A stretch of DNA of 64,000 bases from Patescibacteria group bacterium. GTDB lineage: Bacteria; Patescibacteriota; Patescibacteriia; UM-FILTER-42-10. The notes beneath the pieces were generated by a model, which was not told the DNA's origin, made no database searches, and worked only from the letters and a program-made list of their open reading frames with translations. Positions 57,773-64,000 of this stretch are shown one piece after another; positions within the stretch are counted from its first letter, which is position 1, and each line of letters opens with the position of its first letter. The translations under genes were made by a program, and so were the position numbers. Location: assembly GCA_041664365.1 (NCBI GenBank), contig JBAYKW010000002.1, forward strand, positions 11,858-75,857. The letters are read 5' to 3'.

Positions 57773-60700
57773 ATGTTGACCAAAGGGAGGAAAAACTCAA
57801 AACAAAAAAGTTTTTTTGGACTAGGTATGCTGACTAGCGCTTTACTGGGGGTTTTTGTGACCGGCGCGGTCAGTTTTTTTGTTACACCGATTGCAAATGC
57901 AATATCATTTGATTCTACTTTGGGTGCCACTTTTGGTCTGGGTACCAGAGACCTTCTGGAGACGGTAATCAACATTGTCCAATGGGCATTGGGCCTTTTG
58001 GGTCTGGTGGCGGTAATTATCATAATGTACGGCGGGTTTGTTTGGATGACTGCCAAAGGCAATCAGGATAAAATTGCCAAGGCAAAAAAGATTATATTTA
58101 ACGGTTTGATCGGTCTCGCGATTGTCCTATTATCGTGGGCGATTGTATTTTTTGTCATGCGGACGATTGATGACGCGACGAGCGGTGGGTCGGTAATGTG
58201 TGGTGCAGCTGTTTGCAGTGAGACTTGTTGTCCCGGCAATATTTGTGCAACCAGTTGCGGTAGCGGATCATTCCCAACAGCTGATCTTGAGATTACAGGA
58301 TTTGAAGCTTCGCGTGAAACGCAACCATCTGGCCCCGTTACTCAGTGTTCATCAATAAAAGCGGTGTTTAACGTTCCAATTAATCCTGCAACTGTAGAAG
58401 CGGCAGAACTGCCGGACAATCTGAGAACTGAAGATATTGCAGTCGGTGGACCATTTGCAAGTACAACGGATGACTTTTTAACTTCGGCAAGAACCGTAAC
58501 ATATTATCATGATAGTCTTTTTAACGCCGGAGATTATGAAGAATGGTACCCGACAACAGGTACTCCAATCCAGGATCTGGATTTTAGAAATATTTCAGTT
58601 TGCGACGACTGTACGGACGGACCTGATCCTTGGAAATGGGATTTTACTGTGGGTAATGAAACCGACATCACTCCGCCGGAGATTGATTCTACTTACCCGA
58701 TCTTTTCCGGGGCGGGGTATCCGGACCGGAATGTGTCTCGGGCACCTATTTTCACACTACATTTCGATGAACCGATTGATGATAATTCCATAATGGATGC
58801 AAGTGGGCACCCAAAAAATAATTTTGAACTTTGGGAATGTACGGACGACTCTTGTGGTTCGTTTGTGAGTCAATATAGCAATAACAATCTATTAGTGCAG
58901 TCAATTTCCCAAGGAGTAAATATCTACATTGAGAATCCGGCCGTAAATCCATTAAACTCATTTACTTGGTATCAGATCAGGGTCCAGGGTGTTGAAGATT
59001 TGTGTACTAACCCGATGGTAGGACAGATAGTTTGGGAGTTTGAAACGAACGATGCCGTTCCGGGAGTAGTGAGCTGGTATCCGACCGGACTGAATGAATG
59101 TCCGAGTACGGATATTTACATCACCTTCGGCACTTCCATGTATAACCAAACTTTGCAGATTACGATTGATAATGGCACTGACTTTAGACAATCCCCACCG
59201 CTTTCTCCATCAACAATACCATCTCCAGGACCTTACTATGTCCAATTTGGTAATAATTTTTTTGAAGCAGTGGATACTGCTACCCCTAATGATTTCAAAG
59301 TATTCAGGCTTAGGCCGGACCCGGATCTTGTTGCGAATTCTGCATACATCGTTAATGTCGCAACAAATATGGTGATAGATATTAATGGTAACTATTTAAG
59401 CAAGCAGTGGGGATTTTCCGTTACAGATCCTGCCAGTTGTACCTGTTCACCGTATGTTGCCTATTTCAGTCCCACACAAGGTCCACGTGAGTCGTGTGTA
59501 ACAATTCAGGGCGCTTGTTTCAAAGGAACGCCCGCAAACCCTGCTGTCCCAACTCATATAATTTTTGATGATAATGTGCGTCCTCAGCAATCCGTTGTAC
59601 CTGCACTTGGGACATATGATGATAATTATATTACGACAAAAATCCCGGCAGTATATGATAATAATGACCGTCCACAGGTTCAGGTAGAACTTGATTATGA
59701 TAATCCCAGTTATGGTGTTCTATATTCCGCCGCCTATTATCTTGGCGGGCCGAACTTCTTTGTAAACAGTACGGAAGTATCTGATGGGCCGTGTTTGTGG
59801 TCGATTAGTCCGACTTCGGGCTATGTAGGAACGGGAATGAATGCAACCGGCGAAAGATTTGGTGCAACTCAAGGGTCGGGTCATATCGACTATGGCGGGG
59901 GAGTATCCGGAGTTGTCGGTGGCTGGTCTGATACCGCGATTTCAACATCAGTGCCGGCGGGTGCCGTGAGTGGGGATGTAACTGTAACTAGTGACGTAGC
60001 AGGACCGAGTAACGGGATTAATTTTACAGTTCTGACCGTTCCACCAGGAACACCATATGTTGTGATAAACAATTTTTGTGATCAATATACACTATCATCA
60101 CCTTCCCCATGGCCTGATTATCAGGAAGTATGCCGTAATGTTAAATTTTCTGCTCGGTTTAGCGAAAACATGAATCCTTCAACGATCAATGGTGCAAATG
60201 TTTTTTTTCAACCATGTAATGATGCATCTTGTTTAGTCGTTGGCGCAGCATTAACAGGGGCATTAACCATGCCAACTGGTGATACATTCGAATTTGATCC
60301 CTCAGCATTTTTAAATCCTAACACATGGTATCGCGGTACAATTACCACCGGTGTTCGAAGTCTTTCATCAAACACATCTATGGCAACAGATTATGTTTGG
60401 AAATTTAGGACCAAATTAGATACTACGGAATGCGGTATTGAAGCTTATAATTTAATCGCAGATACGTATTTTCTTTATACTGTTAATTCCGCTCCAAATG
60501 CAATGTTTACTTCTTCTGCGATTGGACCCGCATGTCAGATTTTATCTGGTACTTATGATTGGAATTGGAATGCTAATGTCGGAACTGTACCACCCTATGT
60601 AGCCGAAAGAGTCTTATCATCCGGACCTACGGTATCTCATTATCAAGGTCGTAATGAAGGCTCTGGCATGGTAAGAGCGTGGATATCTGGATCATCAATT

Positions 60701-63613
60701 CCTCCGGTAGAACGTTTACTTACAGTTGATCCTACATTTTGTGAAGATTCAATTCATTGTAATTCATTATGCTCCGGCAGTACTTGCGTGAATAATCACT
60801 GCACGCCGATTATCCAAAGTATTGTGCCAAACCCTTCACCAATTGGCACTGGGGTTACTATCAATGGTTGTATGTTTGGCAGTTATACTGGACTTGCAGG
60901 AGTTGATTTTTCTGGAAGCCCTGGTCCGTGGGTTCCGACATCATGGCCGGCATGTGGTCCGGCGGGAACAACCTGGACGGACACATCTATCGTCGTGGAA
61001 GTGCCGAATGAAGATACTCCGGCAACTTTTGATGATGCGGTAGATGGTCCGATAAGAATAAGAAATAGTTATGGTGAAAGAGATTACACCAATACTCCAC
61101 CAGGTCCAATTATATCTTTTGATGTCGATGGGCCTTTCCATCCAACCCTTTGCTATTTTAATCCGAGCAGCGGAACTCAGGGGCAATTGAATGCTACTGA
61201 AGCGGTGGGAGAAGATTTTGGCACGGATGGCACGATTGATTTTACCAGTAGTGCCGGCAGATCAGATTCTCCGGGATTTACCTCATGGGATGAAACTTCA
61301 ATACAGGAAATAGATCTTCCGGCCGATGCACTGACCGGAACTGGGATTGTACATTCTACGGTTCCTACAGTAGGCGACAGTAATCCTGTTCCATTTGGTA
61401 TTACATGCAATGTTAATTCGGACTGTACCAGCGGATGCTGTTTTACCGGAATGTGTTCCGACCTGGCAATGTGCAGTACCGGCGAACCGGGAGCGCTTTG
61501 TCAAATCCCTGACAATACTTCTTGTCTTTCGGGCCCGCTGTCTTTTCCGGCCGGATATCGCTGTATCAGTGATACCGGTGATATTTATCCTGAAACTCCA
61601 CCACCACCAGGACCACAGGGAGCTGACTGCAGATCGTGTTGTATGCCTGGCACTGAATATAATGGTCTGACTTGTTTATCAAACCAGGATGGCTGTACCG
61701 GACCTGCAAGAGGGCTTTATTGCGGGTGTGCTACTGATGATCAATGCGGAGCCCCGAATACCATCGGTTGCGGTGATATGGGCGGAACTATGTGCTGTAC
61801 CGGCAGGCCGGCTGTATTAAACGTGGATCCGTTTGATGGAGAGCCGAATGTATGTACAAACCGGTCAATCGTGGTTGAATTTAACCAGATTATGGATGCA
61901 TCAACATTTAATTCTTCCACATTTATTGTGGAGGACGCATCCGGTACACCATATACTGGGACGATAGATAGCTACAACGATGGAATCCATACTTTTCTGG
62001 TGTTTTATTCGGATACTGAATGGAATCCGAGTGAATCGCATACCATAACCATTAACGGTGAATCAGATATTAATGACGGTGTTCATGATGGTGTTTTAAA
62101 TCAGTATCAAGTGGGTATGGATGGCATTTTTACATCAACTTTTGATACCGATGCAGACAGGTGTTTATTGGATCACGTCGAAATAAGTATTCAATACGGT
62201 GCTCCATATCCAGCTCAACCAGTTGCTTTTCATGACATGTATACATGTATTCAAAGCAATTGTACCGGTGATGTAGATCCTGTTGCTGGCAACCAGCATA
62301 GATATTTGGCTTGGGCAAAAAATGAATTTAACGCTAATATTTCTGGCGGTACTTGGAACTGGAATAATTCGGTAACCAACGGTGTACTAAATATTTCTTT
62401 ACCAAATTCTCCTTCAACATTAATAGGCACGGATCAAGGTCTGGATGGAACCGCGATGATTCGTGCGGATGTTACTATGCCGTCTGGGGGAGGGTCAGGA
62501 TTTGCGGTGGTACAGGCCACGGTACAGGCGTGCCAGGATCCATGGCCGACTATACCACCATTCTTCTTCAGTGATCCTGCACCGTCCACAAATTTCACGG
62601 ATTTCTATTGTCGTGAGGGCGGTTTACCTGGTACTGCTGATCCTATGATTATTTCCCGTTCACCTGTCGATCCTCTGAAGGATGAACTGCTTAAAGAAAT
62701 GTTTTTCTCAATATGTAAAGACGACGATGCTACATGTATTAGTAGTAATACTTCCGGAGATGTGATTGGAATTCGTGTTATGGAAAACGGCAGTTTTCTT
62801 TCGCCAACCGCCTGGTTCAACCAAATTTTCCCGGAGGATACCGGATCGTGCGTACCAATCGGCACGGTTGATGGATATCAGGCTTGTCGGGCGGGCAGAA
62901 CTATTTATGTCGCGGCATCCAATCATGACGGCACGACACTGTGGCCGAATATCTACCTTATTTCCTATAACGAAGGGGCAAGCGGTCAGACAATCAATAT
63001 CTATAATCAATTAGTTCAGAATTGGTATTTCAACTCCGGACCGAGTTTAATGAATTCTCCTTGCGCCGGAGGAACAAATAAAGATTGTATTGTTCGTGAT
63101 ACGAAGCGTGTTACCGATATCGGTGAAATTGGCTATCTCCTCTTAAACTATGGGTATCATAACAGTGGTTTTCCGGAGCTTTCCGCCGGGACATTCTTGT
63201 CGGGATTTACTTCCAGTAAATGGCCGTCTTGGATGGCTGAATTCGGTAATGCTATTGGCATGAATCCGCCTCTGGATCCGATCAATGAATTTTCCGGAAC
63301 ACCGGCCTGTAGCGTTCCGCCCTACGATCCATCCGGCACCTGCTGGAATGATGCTGAGCATACATTCAATTGTCCCAACACTTCCAAAACCTACGCATAC
63401 CAGTATGATAGTTCAAACCCAAAATTGTTTACCAGACTGGAGTATTCAGGCTTGGGAGCGTATAACAGCGGTATAAGGTCGGATAGACTTTATAGCGGGA
63501 ATCCTTGTGCCGGCTACGCTGGATCTAATTGTTCTGCTTGTTTCAACTATTCTGCTGAAGCTGCGGACGGTACTAACGGATTTTGGATTAACAATTGGCA
63601 ACAACCAAATTAG
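57773..63613 (+). CDS. giant surface protein: pilin-like N-terminus, Ig-like/IPT repeats, Cys-rich modules, pseudopilin-like C-terminus
   Basis: YGGF.WMTA.G..DKI.KAKK..GLIGL; W.F.T Ig repeats; WSDT.I IPT motifs; RD.KR..D...Y...P..DP.N. Confidence 0.75.
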   Translation: MLTKGRKNSKQKSFFGLGMLTSALLGVFVTGAVSFFVTPIANAISFDSTLGATFGLGTRDLLETVINIVQWALGLLGLVAVIIIMYGGFVWMTAKGNQDKIAKAKKIIFNGLIGLAIVLLSWAIVFFVMRTIDDATSGGSVMCGAAVCSETCCPGNICATSCGSGSFPTADLEITGFEASRETQPSGPVTQCSSIKAVFNVPINPATVEAAELPDNLRTEDIAVGGPFASTTDDFLTSARTVTYYHDSLFNAGDYEEWYPTTGTPIQDLDFRNISVCDDCTDGPDPWKWDFTVGNETDITPPEIDSTYPIFSGAGYPDRNVSRAPIFTLHFDEPIDDNSIMDASGHPKNNFELWECTDDSCGSFVSQYSNNNLLVQSISQGVNIYIENPAVNPLNSFTWYQIRVQGVEDLCTNPMVGQIVWEFETNDAVPGVVSWYPTGLNECPSTDIYITFGTSMYNQTLQITIDNGTDFRQSPPLSPSTIPSPGPYYVQFGNNFFEAVDTATPNDFKVFRLRPDPDLVANSAYIVNVATNMVIDINGNYLSKQWGFSVTDPASCTCSPYVAYFSPTQGPRESCVTIQGACFKGTPANPAVPTHIIFDDNVRPQQSVVPALGTYDDNYITTKIPAVYDNNDRPQVQVELDYDNPSYGVLYSAAYYLGGPNFFVNSTEVSDGPCLWSISPTSGYVGTGMNATGERFGATQGSGHIDYGGGVSGVVGGWSDTAISTSVPAGAVSGDVTVTSDVAGPSNGINFTVLTVPPGTPYVVINNFCDQYTLSSPSPWPDYQEVCRNVKFSARFSENMNPSTINGANVFFQPCNDASCLVVGAALTGALTMPTGDTFEFDPSAFLNPNTWYRGTITTGVRSLSSNTSMATDYVWKFRTKLDTTECGIEAYNLIADTYFLYTVNSAPNAMFTSSAIGPACQILSGTYDWNWNANVGTVPPYVAERVLSSGPTVSHYQGRNEGSGMVRAWISGSSIPPVERLLTVDPTFCEDSIHCNSLCSGSTCVNNHCTPIIQSIVPNPSPIGTGVTINGCMFGSYTGLAGVDFSGSPGPWVPTSWPACGPAGTTWTDTSIVVEVPNEDTPATFDDAVDGPIRIRNSYGERDYTNTPPGPIISFDVDGPFHPTLCYFNPSSGTQGQLNATEAVGEDFGTDGTIDFTSSAGRSDSPGFTSWDETSIQEIDLPADALTGTGIVHSTVPTVGDSNPVPFGITCNVNSDCTSGCCFTGMCSDLAMCSTGEPGALCQIPDNTSCLSGPLSFPAGYRCISDTGDIYPETPPPPGPQGADCRSCCMPGTEYNGLTCLSNQDGCTGPARGLYCGCATDDQCGAPNTIGCGDMGGTMCCTGRPAVLNVDPFDGEPNVCTNRSIVVEFNQIMDASTFNSSTFIVEDASGTPYTGTIDSYNDGIHTFLVFYSDTEWNPSESHTITINGESDINDGVHDGVLNQYQVGMDGIFTSTFDTDADRCLLDHVEISIQYGAPYPAQPVAFHDMYTCIQSNCTGDVDPVAGNQHRYLAWAKNEFNANISGGTWNWNNSVTNGVLNISLPNSPSTLIGTDQGLDGTAMIRADVTMPSGGGSGFAVVQATVQACQDPWPTIPPFFFSDPAPSTNFTDFYCREGGLPGTADPMIISRSPVDPLKDELLKEMFFSICKDDDATCISSNTSGDVIGIRVMENGSFLSPTAWFNQIFPEDTGSCVPIGTVDGYQACRAGRTIYVAASNHDGTTLWPNIYLISYNEGASGQTINIYNQLVQNWYFNSGPSLMNSPCAGGTNKDCIVRDTKRVTDIGEIGYLLLNYGYHNSGFPELSAGTFLSGFTSSKWPSWMAEFGNAIGMNPPLDPINEFSGTPACSVPPYDPSGTCWNDAEHTFNCPNTSKTYAYQYDSSNPKLFTRLEYSGLGAYNSGIRSDRLYSGNPCAGYAGSNCSACFNYSAEAADGTNGFWINNWQQPN

Positions 63614-63636
63614 TAATTTATCATTAGGAATATAAT

Positions 63637-64000
63637 ATGCCAGAACCAACAACACCCCTATCAAACTTTCCAATGGGCGATCCAGCCGAAGATATTTTTG
63701 AAGAAACGGATGTCACGACGGAAACTCCTTCTACATTTCCGTCGTCAGCGCCTGTGGGTGATGGAGCAATGCCTCCTGCTGCCCCGCGTCCGACTGCTAA
63801 TCCGACGATGGTTCCTCCGCCAAATCCGCTGGCAGAAGTGCCGGGAGCGGAAGTACCTAAGCCAAAAGGAGGGAAGAAAATGCTGTTTCTTTTTGTACTG
63901 CTGCTTCTGGTTGTTTTTGGCGCTGGCGCTGCATATTATTTTTTGGTGCTCAATAAAGATAACGCAAATACCAACGTCAACAACAATACAAATGTTCCGG
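63637..64000 (+). CDS. Pro-rich single-TM protein (runs off window)
   Basis: MPEPTT..EDIF, Pro-rich tract, TM segment, NTN-rich linker; open to window end. Confidence 0.65.
   Translation, partial: MPEPTTPLSNFPMGDPAEDIFEETDVTTETPSTFPSSAPVGDGAMPPAAPRPTANPTMVPPPNPLAEVPGAEVPKPKGGKKMLFLFVLLLLVVFGAGAAYYFLVLNKDNANTNVNNNTNVP

Overview
Bacterial chromosomal window. Gene content and style suggest Patescibacteria/CPR (inference): short RelA, giant pilin-Ig surface protein, mostly SD-less AT-rich core genes. Main blocks: glgC; a YerC/HisR-like repressor with a radical SAM/SPASM gene; purB and purA; an ispH-trxB-Fur-ferredoxin-SUF-SOD-peroxiredoxin redox/Fe-S block; a copper-export operon; an NrdR-boxed nrdR-nrdJ-cobO unit with a cobalamin riboswitch and B12 uptake genes; a repeat-rich tRNA Leu/fMet/Met cluster with a GIY-YIG insertion; and housekeeping genes (parAB, rel, topA, dprA, mfd, pth, der, lepB, hisS, rpsU). 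The top candidate for an undescribed system is a promoter-driven non-coding locus of about 860 nt between mfd and pth (49739-50634). It has three structured RNA domains, two showing the anti-Shine-Dalgarno octamer CCUCCUUA, followed by five tRNA-shaped RNAs, each with an aberrant or body-mismatched anticodon loop. Secondary candidates are an attenuator built into the 3' end of the YerC-like ORF, a hairpin repeat docked on -35 boxes, an 11-mer shared by the purA and purB start sites, and a tRNA-5'-targeting GIY-YIG mini-element. All calls are from visual motif and base-pairing inspection; no searches or folding were run.
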